Origin: an uncultured Desulfobacterales bacterium
Lineage (GTDB): Bacteria; Desulfobacterota; DSM-4660; Desulfatiglandales; HGW-15
Length of the DNA stretch: 55,502 nt
NCBI GenBank assembly: GCA_964413125.1
Contig: CAYPSZ010000374.1
Span: 1 to 55,502 of the forward strand
Direction: 5' to 3'
Positions 41,853 through 51,559 of this stretch are shown one piece after another. The notes beneath the pieces were generated by a model, which saw only the letters and a list, made by a program, of their open reading frames with translations, was not told where the DNA came from and did no database searches. A program made the position numbers and the translations under genes. Numbering within the stretch: the first letter of the stretch is position 1; every line of letters begins with the position of its first letter.

Positions 41853-43429
41853 GTGATCCGGTGCTCGTCACGGAGCAGGTCCAGGACGGTTTTTACAGGG
41901 TTGAACGTTTCAAGAGGGACTTCAACGAAAATGGTATTCCACCACGCCATGGCACCGTTCCACAAACCAGGCAGTTCAAGGGCTTTGAGGTCCCTACCCA
42001 TGCTGCTTTTTAGGGAAACGAACCCGGTCTCAGGGTCCCGGTATTGCCGCAGATCAAAGGGCCGGCCCCGGAAGTCCCGAAGACTGCATACCAGGTCAAC
42101 GGGGTTGAAATGCGTTGAAGAGGTCCAAACGGATTTCTGGGCCGGGGATCCCATATCCACTTGGCTTGCTTCCACAATCTGCAGAGACAAGCTGCCGTCC
42201 TTGTGCCTCACCCAAAAAGGGCCGCCGCCCGGTTCCCCTTCATTACGCACCATGCCGCATACCCTAATGGGTCGGTTCAACCTGGAAAGCAGGAAGTCTC
42301 TCTTCTCCTCCACGGACTCCGTGGAGAGATTCGAGGGAGGTCCGGCGGAAAGCTTGTGTACAACGAAATCAAAGGCCCTGTCCAGGGCTTCGCCGGAAGG
42401 CTTCTTCGCAGCCAGTGCATTGACATGCATAGCAGCCTCCTGCCGGACTTTGATAAGAAGGCCTCCCAGGGCCTTCTTATAAGACACTGTGGGCTGCTTC
42501 ATGCGGTCAGGGACAATGTTGTCGATGTTCTTGATAAAGACAAGGTCCCCCTGCAACATATTCAGGTTTTCCAGAAGGGCCCCATGTCCTCCTGGTCTGA
42601 ATAGGAGCCTGCCGTTCTCATCTCGAAACGGCCGGCCGTCCATTTCCAGGGCTATGGTGTCCGTATGGGGCATCTGTATGCTGACATCCGTAACCAGGTG
42701 AGTGTCAGGACCCTCATAGACCGGTCGTTTTTCCTCCAGGTGGCTGCGTATAGCCTTCTCATGCTCAGGTGAAGCCGTGAAGTGGACCATGGCTCGCCCG
42801 GTTTGGTCCCGAACGGTAATACAGGCCTCCACCATGTGCTCTTCGAAAGGGGTACGATTCGTTCCGTCAGGGTAGGCATGGAATGGAATCAGGCCCTTGG
42901 GCAGATTGGCGGCGTCCAGCCCTTCAGGCCCCAACAAGTAATCCAGAATGTCCTGATAATTACCATCACCCATACAGTCATCCGCATCGATTCCATGCTC
43001 CGCCATGGCTGAGCGCAGGGAATCGTAAAGGGCGAGCCCTCTCAGCCCGCTAAAAAAGCGGACCAACTTGGCGCTCTCTTCATCGCCGTCCTCAGCTTTT
43101 CGAGCGATATCATCGGCTCGAATTCCGCCGGGATGATTCCGGGCCGACTGGAGCACCTTGAACATCCGGCTGGCGGCCCCTGAGGCCGGGACGAATTTCA
43201 TGGCCCTTCCTGACCGGGCCTCCTCCTCATAAACCGCGCCGAGGCGTTCCATCTCCTTGTCTTTTAGCTGGAGGATTCCATCCCCTAAGGTACATGCTCG
43301 ATCCAGCTCGATGCGAGGAAATCCCTTTTGCATGGCTTCCACCTGAGCTTGAACGTCCTCGATAGACATGCCTTTCCTGCGAATCAAGGCCAGATCCTCT
43401 TCTGTAAACATTGTGTCTCCCACTTGCAT
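41849..43429 (-). CDS. DUF4301-family protein (nucleotidyltransferase-like, uncharacterised)
   Basis: 526 aa. The N-terminus FTEEDLALIRRKGMSIEDVQAQVEAMQKGFPRIELDRACTLGDGI and KFVPASGAASRMFK are recalled as typical of DUF4301. The family assignment is from memory, not a search. Confidence 0.6.
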   Translation of the reverse strand: MQVGDTMFTEEDLALIRRKGMSIEDVQAQVEAMQKGFPRIELDRACTLGDGILQLKDKEMERLGAVYEEEARSGRAMKFVPASGAASRMFKVLQSARNHPGGIRADDIARKAEDGDEESAKLVRFFSGLRGLALYDSLRSAMAEHGIDADDCMGDGNYQDILDYLLGPEGLDAANLPKGLIPFHAYPDGTNRTPFEEHMVEACITVRDQTGRAMVHFTASPEHEKAIRSHLEEKRPVYEGPDTHLVTDVSIQMPHTDTIALEMDGRPFRDENGRLLFRPGGHGALLENLNMLQGDLVFIKNIDNIVPDRMKQPTVSYKKALGGLLIKVRQEAAMHVNALAAKKPSGEALDRAFDFVVHKLSAGPPSNLSTESVEEKRDFLLSRLNRPIRVCGMVRNEGEPGGGPFWVRHKDGSLSLQIVEASQVDMGSPAQKSVWTSSTHFNPVDLVCSLRDFRGRPFDLRQYRDPETGFVSLKSSMGRDLKALELPGLWNGAMAWWNTIFVEVPLETFNPVKTVLDLLRDEHRIT

Positions 43430-43750
43430 TCCCTCCTCTTTTCAGGCCCGGTGGTTCCCATTAATAAACTGAACTATGTGATCCGGCAAGTCTACAATCC
43501 GGAGATGGGACATCTTTTGAAAGATCGAAACCGCACAAAGAAATCCACAGTCGAAAAAAGACCGAAGTTGAGTGGATCTTTAGCCATCGGCGTTCGAAGA
43601 AGCAAGAATTTTCATATGAGAATATGGAAAACAGTAGCCCCTGTCAATCATAGGGGTTGTCTGTAGTTCCCCGTTACTATAGGATTCTTTACCGCGAACA
43701 TTCGGTGTGAGCCATTTTCCGGGCCTCTCCCGAGCAACTGTGAGGACAAG

Positions 43751-45112
43751 GTGAAAGAATTCGATGAACCGATGGAAATCCGTGGCCCTCGTGTCTACAC
43801 GGTTTCAATGCTGACCGCAGAGATTCGAGACCTGCTGGAGACCCGCTTTCCATTCATCTGGGTCGAGGGTGAAATATCCAACGTGAGCACCCCCTCCTCC
43901 GGCCACTGCTACATGGTGCTAAAGGATGAATACTCACAGATTAGGGCCGTCATGTTTCGACCGCGTGTTAGAACGCTCCGTTTCCGCGCCGAGGACGGCA
44001 TGAAGGTGATCGCCCAAGGTCGGGTTGGCTTGTATGAGCCTCGTGGGGAATATCAGCTCATACTGGAATACCTGGAACCCTTAGGCGTTGGAGCCCTCGC
44101 CCTTGCATATGAGCAGCTCAAGAAGAAGCTGGCTTTGGAGGGGCTCTTCCTGAATGAAATCAAACGTCCCATACCCTTCCTGCCCTCACACGTGGCTGTC
44201 ATCACCAGTCCTACCGGCGCAGCAATCCGTGACTTTCTGAATGTGATCCATAGACGCTTTGTAAACATCCGGATAACGGTCGTGCCCGTGCGCGTGCAGG
44301 GCGACCTGGCGGCGGCGGAGATCATAGAGGCCCTTGACATTGTCAACCGCCACCTTGATGTGGACGTAATTGTCCTTACGCGGGGCGGCGGATCCCTTGA
44401 AGACCTGTGGCCCTTCAATGAAGAGGCTTTGGCCCGTGCCATTCGATCCTCCCGGATACCCGTTGTTTCAGCAGTCGGGCATGAGATAGACACGACCATT
44501 GCCGACCTGGCCGCAGACCTGCGGGCCCCCACCCCTTCAGCCGCGGCTGAACTGCTTGTAGCTGAGAAGGAGGCTCTGGAAAAACGGATACTGGATCTTG
44601 AGCGAAGGCTTGGATCCGCCCTGAGGGCAGGGCTTTCGAGTCGACGTGAGCGGGTGAGTCACTTGGAGGCCAGGGTTAAAGATCCCAAAAGGGCTATCCA
44701 GCAGTCCTGGATACGACTCGACGAGCTGACCGATCGGCTCGTTAGGAATCAGGCTTTCCTGGTGCGGGAGAAGGTTATCCGGCTTTCCACGGCTTCCACA
44801 AAACTCACCCGCAGTGGCCCTCAGAGTCGAATCAAAGGGCTCATACAGGGACTGGAGTTTCTCAAGCGCGCACTCCGAGCCGACACCATACACACGCTTT
44901 CCGTGCAACGTTCCGCGCTGTCCTCTCTTGTGGGAAGGCTCAAGAGCCTCGATCCCCATCAAGTCCTTGGAAGAGGGTACAGCATCACAAGGGTTCTTCC
45001 GCAAGGCCAAATACTCAAACAGGCCCAAGACGCAAGCACGGGAGACCGCGTTGAAGTCACCCTCGCCCGTGGCTCCATCCAGTGCCTGGTTGACAAGATC
45101 TTTAGGCCGTAA
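43751..45112 (+). CDS. xseA: Exodeoxyribonuclease VII large subunit XseA
   Basis: 453 aa with VYTVSMLTAEIRDLLETRFPFIWVEGEISNVS (OB fold) and ITSPTGAAIRDFLNV...RGGGSLEDLWPFNEE. GTG start, with ATG 43772 as an alternative. Confidence 0.93.
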   Translation: MKEFDEPMEIRGPRVYTVSMLTAEIRDLLETRFPFIWVEGEISNVSTPSSGHCYMVLKDEYSQIRAVMFRPRVRTLRFRAEDGMKVIAQGRVGLYEPRGEYQLILEYLEPLGVGALALAYEQLKKKLALEGLFLNEIKRPIPFLPSHVAVITSPTGAAIRDFLNVIHRRFVNIRITVVPVRVQGDLAAAEIIEALDIVNRHLDVDVIVLTRGGGSLEDLWPFNEEALARAIRSSRIPVVSAVGHEIDTTIADLAADLRAPTPSAAAELLVAEKEALEKRILDLERRLGSALRAGLSSRRERVSHLEARVKDPKRAIQQSWIRLDELTDRLVRNQAFLVREKVIRLSTASTKLTRSGPQSRIKGLIQGLEFLKRALRADTIHTLSVQRSALSSLVGRLKSLDPHQVLGRGYSITRVLPQGQILKQAQDASTGDRVEVTLARGSIQCLVDKIFRP

Positions 45113-45144
45113 GAAAATGATAAATTTATGCTCGAGGAAACATC

Positions 45145-45390
45145 ATGTCAAAAAACACGTTTGAAGGATCCATGAAGCGCCTGGAGGAAATTGTTCAACG
45201 GCTGGAGAGCGGGGAGATGTCCCTGGAGGAGTCCCTCACAATCTTCGAGGAGGGAATGCAGCTCGCGGCATTCTGCTCGCGCAAGCTGGACGAGGCGGAA
45301 AAAAAGGTCACACTCCTTATGCGGAAACAAGATGGCGGCCTTGTGGAGAAGCCCTTTGAACCCGACCGGATCGAGAACGACACTCCATGA
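45145..45390 (+). CDS. xseB: Exodeoxyribonuclease VII small subunit XseB
   Basis: 81 aa with FEGSMKRLEEIVQRLESGEMSLEESLTIFEEGMQL. Confidence 0.93.
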   Translation: MSKNTFEGSMKRLEEIVQRLESGEMSLEESLTIFEEGMQLAAFCSRKLDEAEKKVTLLMRKQDGGLVEKPFEPDRIENDTP

Positions 45391-46280
45391 ATGATGTTAG
45401 CTCCCAACTCGCCGCCAAGCGAGAAATCGTCGAACAGGCCCTTAAGACCTGCCTTCCGCCTGCTGAAGGCCCGGCCGCCGACTTGATTCGGGCCATGAGT
45501 TACAGTCTTTTTGCCGGGGGGAAGAGGCTTCGTCCGATTCTTTGCATTGCCGGGGCTGAAGCGGTGGGAGGGGACGGACACGACGTGTTGCCCGCGGCCT
45601 GTGCATTGGAATTGATCCACACCTACTCCTTGATACACGACGATCTCCCCGTAATGGACAATGACGACCTCAGGCGAGGTAAGCCCACCAACCACACCAT
45701 ATTCGGCGAAGCATTGGCGCTCCTGGCGGGCGACGGGCTGCTGACCGAGGCTTTCGGGATCCTTGCCGGGATGCGGCTTCCCGAAGGCACCCCGCCGGAA
45801 GCCTTGCTTCGATTGATACATTGGGTCTCAAAAGCGGCCGGATATCAAGGAATGGTGGGCGGGCAAGTCGTGGATATCCAATCGGAAAAAGAGGTTCCTG
45901 AAGCTGAAAAGGTAACCTTTATCCATACCCACAAAACCGCAGACCTGATCACGGTTTCTGTTGTGAGCGGGTCTATCCTCTGTAACGCGGACGAAGCCAT
46001 GATCCAGGCCCTCGCTGCATATGGGAGAAAGATAGGGCTCGCCTTTCAGATCTCGGATGACATTCTCAACATCGAGGGTGACCGAAATGCCATGGGCAAG
46101 GATGTCGGCAGCGATGAGGAGCGAGGGAAGATGACCTGGCCGGCGGCCCATGGCATGGAAGAATCAAAGAGAATCAGGAAAGACCTCGTGAACGGCGCCA
46201 TTGATTCGCTGATCCCGTTTGATCACCGGGCCGACCTTTTGCGAGCCATTGCACGGTACATCATTGAGAGACGGAGATGA
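45387..46280 (+). CDS. ispA: Polyprenyl (farnesyl/geranyl) diphosphate synthase IspA
   Basis: 297 aa with FARM motif LIHDDLPVMDNDDLRRGKPT and SARM motif FQISDDILN. Follows the xseB-ispA-dxs synteny known from E. coli. Confidence 0.93.
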   Translation: MNDVSSQLAAKREIVEQALKTCLPPAEGPAADLIRAMSYSLFAGGKRLRPILCIAGAEAVGGDGHDVLPAACALELIHTYSLIHDDLPVMDNDDLRRGKPTNHTIFGEALALLAGDGLLTEAFGILAGMRLPEGTPPEALLRLIHWVSKAAGYQGMVGGQVVDIQSEKEVPEAEKVTFIHTHKTADLITVSVVSGSILCNADEAMIQALAAYGRKIGLAFQISDDILNIEGDRNAMGKDVGSDEERGKMTWPAAHGMEESKRIRKDLVNGAIDSLIPFDHRADLLRAIARYIIERRR

Positions 46281-48172
46281 GCGAAGACAATAAACAGGAG
46301 AGTATCTTGGATGGAATCGAGACCCCCGCGGATCTTCGGGAGCTCTCGGTCCAGGAAATGGAACGCCTCGCTTCTGAAATCCGCACCGTGATAATCGAGA
46401 CGGTATCCAGGACCGGTGGGCACCTCGCCCCCAGCCTGGGCGTGGTGGAGCTCACGCTGGCACTCCACTATGCATTTGATACGCCGCGGGACAAGATTAT
46501 TTGGGATGTGGGCCACCAGTCCTACGCTCACAAGCTGATCACGGGCAGGAGAGACCGTTTCCATACCCTTAGACAACATGGGGGTATAAGCGGCTTTCCC
46601 AAGCGGGCGGAAAGCCCCTTTGACCCCTTTGATACCGGACACAGCAGCACCTCCATTTCCGCCGGGCTGGGCATCAGCACCGCAAACTTATTTAGGGGTC
46701 TAAAAAACCGTGTCATCGCAGTCATAGGCGACGGATCCATGACCGGCGGTATGGCCTATGAGGCCTTGAATCAGGCGGGAGACACTGAAAGAGATCTCAT
46801 CGTGGTTCTGAACGACAATGAGATGTCCATCGCTCCAAACGTTGGGGCCTTCTCCTCCTTCCTGAGCCGCAAGATGTCGGGAAAGAGGTTCGTCAATTTC
46901 AGAAAGGACCTGGAATCATTTTTGAAATCAGTACCCGGTGTGGGAGAGAATATTCTCAGCCTCGTCCAGAGGAGCGGGGACTCCCTCATGACCTTTTTCA
47001 CCCCCGGCATGCTGTTCGAGGCGTTCAAGTTCAAGTACATCGGTCCCATTCAAGGACACCGTCTGGACCGGCTCATCGAGACCTTCAAGAACACTCTGCA
47101 CATACACGGGCCGGTTCTGGTGCATGTTTTGACCGTAAAGGGCAAAGGCTACCCCCCTGCGGAAAAAGACCCTTCCCACTACCATGGTGTCGGGGAGTTT
47201 GAGATCGAGACCGGTACGCCTTGCCGTGTTTCCACTTTACCGCCTCCCACCTATACCGAGGTCTTCGGAGATGCAATGGTGGAATTGGGCGGCGAAATTC
47301 AGACCCTATTCGCAATCACCGCAGCCATGCCCGAGGGCACAGGCCTTTACAAGTTCTCACAAGCCTATCCTGATCGTTTCCTGGATGTAGGCATTGCAGA
47401 GCAGCACGCTGTCACTTTCGCCGCCGGCTTGGCTGTTGAAGGCCTTCGCCCGGTTGTGGCAATATATTCCACGTTTCTTCAAAGGGCCTACGATCAGATA
47501 ATCCACGATGTCTGCCTTCAAAACCTGCCGGTCGTATTCTGTGTGGATCGGGGAGGGCTGGTGGGCGAGGACGGACCCACACACCACGGCCCTTTTGACA
47601 TATCATTTCTTCGCATCCTGCCCAACATGACCGTCATGGCCCCCGGAGATGAAAACGAACTTCGTCATATGCTTTTCACCGCTTTGAAACAGCCAGGGCC
47701 CGTGGCCATAAGGTATCCCAGGGGTATGGGCACGGGCATACCCCTGGATTCAGCCTTTAGGGAACTCCATGTGGGCAAGGCCGAAATCCTGCGGGAGGGA
47801 AAGGATCTGACCATTTTGGCTCTGGGCAGCATGGTTGCTCCTTCTCTTGCAGCCGCCGAGGCCTTGGAGGAGAAGGGGTACCAGGTGGAAGTGATCAACA
47901 CACGATTTGTCAAGCCTCTTGACCCTGAACTGAAAACCCGGGCCCTTAGAACCGGCCGGGTTATGGTTGTGGAAGAGAATTCCCGGCTCGGCGGGCTGGG
48001 CGGCGCCGTTCTGGAGTATATGAATGACGCTGGAATTCTACATAAAGTGATCATCCGTCGCCTGGGCCTGCCCGACAGATTTGTGGAACACGGCCCCATA
48101 AGGGTCCTACGGTCCCTATACCGCCTGGATGTAAACGCCGTTGTGAAGGAGGCTGAGCATTTTTTCCGCTGA
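46277..48172 (+). CDS. dxs: 1-deoxy-D-xylulose-5-phosphate synthase Dxs
   Basis: 631 aa with GGHLAPSLGVVELTLALH, GHSSTSISAGLG and GDGSMTGGMAYEALN. Confidence 0.97.
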   Translation: MSEDNKQESILDGIETPADLRELSVQEMERLASEIRTVIIETVSRTGGHLAPSLGVVELTLALHYAFDTPRDKIIWDVGHQSYAHKLITGRRDRFHTLRQHGGISGFPKRAESPFDPFDTGHSSTSISAGLGISTANLFRGLKNRVIAVIGDGSMTGGMAYEALNQAGDTERDLIVVLNDNEMSIAPNVGAFSSFLSRKMSGKRFVNFRKDLESFLKSVPGVGENILSLVQRSGDSLMTFFTPGMLFEAFKFKYIGPIQGHRLDRLIETFKNTLHIHGPVLVHVLTVKGKGYPPAEKDPSHYHGVGEFEIETGTPCRVSTLPPPTYTEVFGDAMVELGGEIQTLFAITAAMPEGTGLYKFSQAYPDRFLDVGIAEQHAVTFAAGLAVEGLRPVVAIYSTFLQRAYDQIIHDVCLQNLPVVFCVDRGGLVGEDGPTHHGPFDISFLRILPNMTVMAPGDENELRHMLFTALKQPGPVAIRYPRGMGTGIPLDSAFRELHVGKAEILREGKDLTILALGSMVAPSLAAAEALEEKGYQVEVINTRFVKPLDPELKTRALRTGRVMVVEENSRLGGLGGAVLEYMNDAGILHKVIIRRLGLPDRFVEHGPIRVLRSLYRLDVNAVVKEAEHFFR

Positions 48173-48224
48173 AAACCCGGAGCTCAGGATAAGGCTGGAT
48201 AAACTCCTGGTACAAAGGGGGCTG

Positions 48225-48917
48225 ATGGAGAGCCGTCAAAAAGCTCAGGCCCTTATCATGGCGGGTGCCGTTCACGTGGAAGGCGTGCGCGTTGACAAAC
48301 CAGGACAGGCCGTCCCGGTTTCAGCAAAGATCCGAATGCGATCTTCACCGCCTTTTGTCAGCCGCGGCGGCCTCAAGCTCGCCCATGCCCTTGGCCTGTT
48401 CCGCTTGGATATTGATGGTAAGACCATGCTGGACGTGGGAGCCTCCACAGGCGGTTTCACGGACTGCCTCCTTCAGAGAGGTGCTGCACGCGTTATCGCC
48501 GTTGATGTGGGGTACGGGCAGTTTCACTGGACCCTTAGAAACGATCCCAGGGTCCGGCTCCTTGAAAAGACGAACATCAGACATCTCACCCCCGAGGCGC
48601 TGGGAGAAACGGCCCAAGGCGCTGTCATAGATGTATCGTTCATTTCCCTCAGGACAGTGGTCCCGGCTGTAGGCAGGCTCCTGGAACCTGAGGCCTTCAT
48701 GGTCACTCTTGTAAAGCCTCAGTTCGAGGTGGGCCGGGAAAAGGTCGGGAAAAGAGGTGTTGTGAGGGACCCGGCGCTTCACGAGCAAGTTATCGAGGAC
48801 CTCTCCTACGCTTTTTTGGAACAGGGATGGACGGTCACTGACCGGGCCGCCAGTCCTGTCCTTGGGCCCAAAGGAAACAGGGAATTTCTCCTGCACCTGG
48901 AAAGACAGCCATTGTGA
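48225..48917 (+). CDS. tlyA: TlyA-family rRNA 2'-O-methyltransferase (the true start probably lies upstream, see findings)
   Basis: Contains VSRGGLKLAHAL...LDVGASTGGFTDCLLQRGAARVIAVDVGYGQ. Coordinates are given from the first canonical ATG. In-frame S4-domain sequence RLDKLLVQRGL lies just upstream. Confidence 0.88.
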   Translation: MESRQKAQALIMAGAVHVEGVRVDKPGQAVPVSAKIRMRSSPPFVSRGGLKLAHALGLFRLDIDGKTMLDVGASTGGFTDCLLQRGAARVIAVDVGYGQFHWTLRNDPRVRLLEKTNIRHLTPEALGETAQGAVIDVSFISLRTVVPAVGRLLEPEAFMVTLVKPQFEVGREKVGKRGVVRDPALHEQVIEDLSYAFLEQGWTVTDRAASPVLGPKGNREFLLHLERQPL

Positions 48918-48949
48918 TTTGGAGGGTCCTCAAAGGTCAGCCTGTTAAT

Positions 48950-48983
48950 CCGAGGCCGAGGCATAACTGATCCCCGGCCTCGG
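48950..48983. terminator. 9-bp GC-rich hairpin between convergent tlyA and the PxxKW gene
   Basis: CCGAGGCCG (48950-48958) pairs with CGGCCTCGG (48975-48983). There is no clear U-tract on either strand. Confidence 0.35.
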
Positions 48984-49043
48984 AAACGGTTTCCGGGCCT
49001 GGATACCCAAGGATGTTTCAGGCCGGGAACAGGTCCTTGAGCC

Positions 49044-49325
49044 TTAATGTCCCCTGCGCTTGGACGCCTTCAGAGGATTGATCTTGCCGTTTGTCTGGGT
49101 TCCATTTGAGGCCTTAACGTGGGTGGCCATGCTGCAGAAGCCCGAACGCCACTTGACCGAGGGATCGGGGAAGCTGATGCAGTACTTGCCCATGGAAAGT
49201 TCCTGGACGCGCTGGCAGCCCTCACACTGCTCAACCACTGTATGGCAACGACCGCCGTTGAATCTGCAGCCGCTCTTGTCCATGAAAAAGCAGTCCTGCC
49301 CTTGTTTTACGGTTTCACAAAGCAT
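49044..49325 (-). CDS. PxxKW-family small cysteine-rich protein
   Basis: 93 aa from the ATG at 49325: MLCETVKQGQDCFFMDKSGCRFNGGRCHTVVEQCEGCQRV...FPDPSVKWRSGFCSMATHVK...NPLKASKRR. It has 9 Cys. The 173-aa longest ORF is an N-terminal over-extension. Confidence 0.75.
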   Translation of the reverse strand: MLCETVKQGQDCFFMDKSGCRFNGGRCHTVVEQCEGCQRVQELSMGKYCISFPDPSVKWRSGFCSMATHVKASNGTQTNGKINPLKASKRRGH

Positions 49326-49622
49326 GAGTATCACATCCTTTCCTGAACAATAATAAGGCCCTGGCGATGCCAAGGCCGCTATAAAACCAAAATCTTTATA
49401 TTTTAGCCCATATCCTGATCTTGTCAACACTTTTCGGCCTTCAGTGCATGATTTTCTGTCAATGACGCCGCCACGTTTATTTGCCTTTCGGCCATCCGGA
49501 AACGAGGGATTTTTCGCAAGCTCAAGGAAACAAATCAACCCTTGGAAAGACGTTGACCGCCTCAAGGGAAATGATAGGATTCAATCAAATATCCCGACAC
49601 CATCCATCAGGGGGAGCTTAAG

Positions 49623-50843
49623 TTGAATACGGAGAAAAAAATCGGCTTGAAAGAGGGTCGACTCGTGGTGCCTGACAACCCGATCATTCCGTTTATCGAA
49701 GGCGACGGCATTGGTCCGGACATCCGGCGGGCCGCGGCCCTGGTCATAGACCGGGCAGTGGAGCTCAGCGGGCCTCGTGGCCGGAGAATTACCTGGAAAG
49801 AAGTCCTTGCAGGTGAAAAGGCCTTCCTCAACACCGGACAATGGCTGCCCTCCGAGACCATCCAGGCCTTTAAGGATTTCAGGGTAGGCATCAAGGGTCC
49901 GCTCACAACTCCCGTGGGCCAGGGCATTCGAAGCCTCAACGTAACATTGAGACAGAAAATGGACCTTTACGCATGTGTGCGCCCGGTCCGATGGTTTCAG
50001 GGCGTCCCAAGCCCGGTCAGGGAGCCCTGGAAGGTGGACATGACTATCTTCCGCGAAAACACCGAAGACGTTTATGCCGGGCTTGAGCTGGAATCAGGGG
50101 GCGAAGACACCGCCCGTCTTAGAAAATTTCTTCAGGATACCTATGGGTGGAGCATTCCGGAAGACGCGGCTCTGGGTGTAAAACCCATCAGCCGTACAGG
50201 GAGTCGCAGGTTGGTGCGGGCCGCCCTGGACTTTGCTGTTTCAAGGGGAAGAAAGAGTGTAACCCTGGTCCATAAGGGAAACATTCAAAAATATACCGAG
50301 GGTGCGTTTAGATCGTGGGGCTATGACCTTGCCAGGGAGGAGTACCCCGATAAGACCCTGACCTGGAATGACCTAGGGCCCGAAGGGCCGGGCGACCGCA
50401 TAGTCGTCAACGACGTCATCGCCGACATATTCTTCCAGCAGGCCCTTACCAGGCCCGAGGAATTCGACGTCATAGCCACCATGAACCTGAACGGCGACTA
50501 CATATCGGACGCCCTGGCCGCCCAGGTGGGAGGCATAGGAATGGCACCCGGGGCCAATATCAATTATGAAAGCGGCCATGCGATTTTCGAGGCGACCCAC
50601 GGAACCGCCCCCAAGTACGCCGGGCTGGACAAGGTCAACCCCTCTTCCCTAATCCTGAGCGGGGCCATGATGCTGAATCACCTGGGCTGGTCCGAGGCCT
50701 CCGGGCTCATTGAGCGCGGGTTGGAAAGGACGTTCATCAGGAAAACGGTCACCTATGACCTGGCCAGGCTCATGGAAGGAGCGGAAGAGGTATCCTGTTC
50801 GAGATTCGCAGAAGAGGTTTGCAGGGCCATGGAGGATGCATGA
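49623..50843 (+). CDS. icd: NADP-dependent isocitrate dehydrogenase
   Basis: 406 aa with a TTG start. Contains [38 protein letters not shown] and [25 protein letters not shown]. Confidence 0.95.
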   Translation: MNTEKKIGLKEGRLVVPDNPIIPFIEGDGIGPDIRRAAALVIDRAVELSGPRGRRITWKEVLAGEKAFLNTGQWLPSETIQAFKDFRVGIKGPLTTPVGQGIRSLNVTLRQKMDLYACVRPVRWFQGVPSPVREPWKVDMTIFRENTEDVYAGLELESGGEDTARLRKFLQDTYGWSIPEDAALGVKPISRTGSRRLVRAALDFAVSRGRKSVTLVHKGNIQKYTEGAFRSWGYDLAREEYPDKTLTWNDLGPEGPGDRIVVNDVIADIFFQQALTRPEEFDVIATMNLNGDYISDALAAQVGGIGMAPGANINYESGHAIFEATHGTAPKYAGLDKVNPSSLILSGAMMLNHLGWSEASGLIERGLERTFIRKTVTYDLARLMEGAEEVSCSRFAEEVCRAMEDA

Positions 50844-51559
50844 AGCTTGAGTCCATCGAGGCGCGGGACCTTCCTGACGCCTGGTTTCAATGTGTATACA
50901 GGCTCCTGGAAACAGGCAGAGAGTACATTATTGACAGGGGCAGCTACGCAGGGCAGAGGCGTCTGGAATTCGATTATATTACAGTTCATATCCGCCACCC
51001 GGTTGTACGTCCCCTTCTCCCGGACATCCCCCCTTCGCTGGGCATTCCCAACCCGGTGGCGGAAGGATATCTGGAGGATTATCTTCCCTATCTCATGACC
51101 TCCATGAAAGAGCCCGGTGAGGACTATACCTATGGTTGGTATCTGGAACGTCAGATAGGGGAAGTTGTTCGCATGTACAGGGAAGACGGTTTCGAAACCA
51201 ACCAGGCATATATGACCGTCGGGGATCCCGAAGCCTTGTTTCTGAATGATCCCCCTTGCCTCAGAGGCATCGACACCCGCGTGAGGGAAGGTGCTCTTCA
51301 TTTCATCGTATACTTCAGGTCCTGGGACCTCTGGAACGGTTTCCCCGCCAACCTAGGAGCCATTCAACTACTGAAAGAGTACATGGCGGGCGAAATCGGC
51401 GTGCGAGACGGTGAAATTATTGCTGCCAGCAAAGGGCTCCACCTCTACGATTATGTCTGGGAACTGGCAAAACTAAGGACCATGTGCCACAACCCGTCCT
51501 CCCTTATCCGGAATGCTTGCGAGGACGGCTCCAACATGAAAAAAGAGGTGCCGGCGTGA
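50840..51559 (+). CDS. Thymidylate synthase-like protein (archaeal-type ThyA family, tentative)
   Basis: 239 aa. [12 protein letters not shown]...[26 protein letters not shown] mirrors the ThyA active-site Cys and the RS.D..G.P.N motif. The ATG overlaps the icd stop (ATGA). Confidence 0.6.
   Translation: MKLESIEARDLPDAWFQCVYRLLETGREYIIDRGSYAGQRRLEFDYITVHIRHPVVRPLLPDIPPSLGIPNPVAEGYLEDYLPYLMTSMKEPGEDYTYGWYLERQIGEVVRMYREDGFETNQAYMTVGDPEALFLNDPPCLRGIDTRVREGALHFIVYFRSWDLWNGFPANLGAIQLLKEYMAGEIGVRDGEIIAASKGLHLYDYVWELAKLRTMCHNPSSLIRNACEDGSNMKKEVPA

Noticed and set aside
43430-43750. The 320-nt divergent intergenic region with a 112-aa ORF (43328-43666) and a small hairpin CCCCT-N9-AGGGG.
   Set aside because: The ORF overlaps the DUF4301 start and has no SD or motif. 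The hairpin has only 5 bp and no T-tract.
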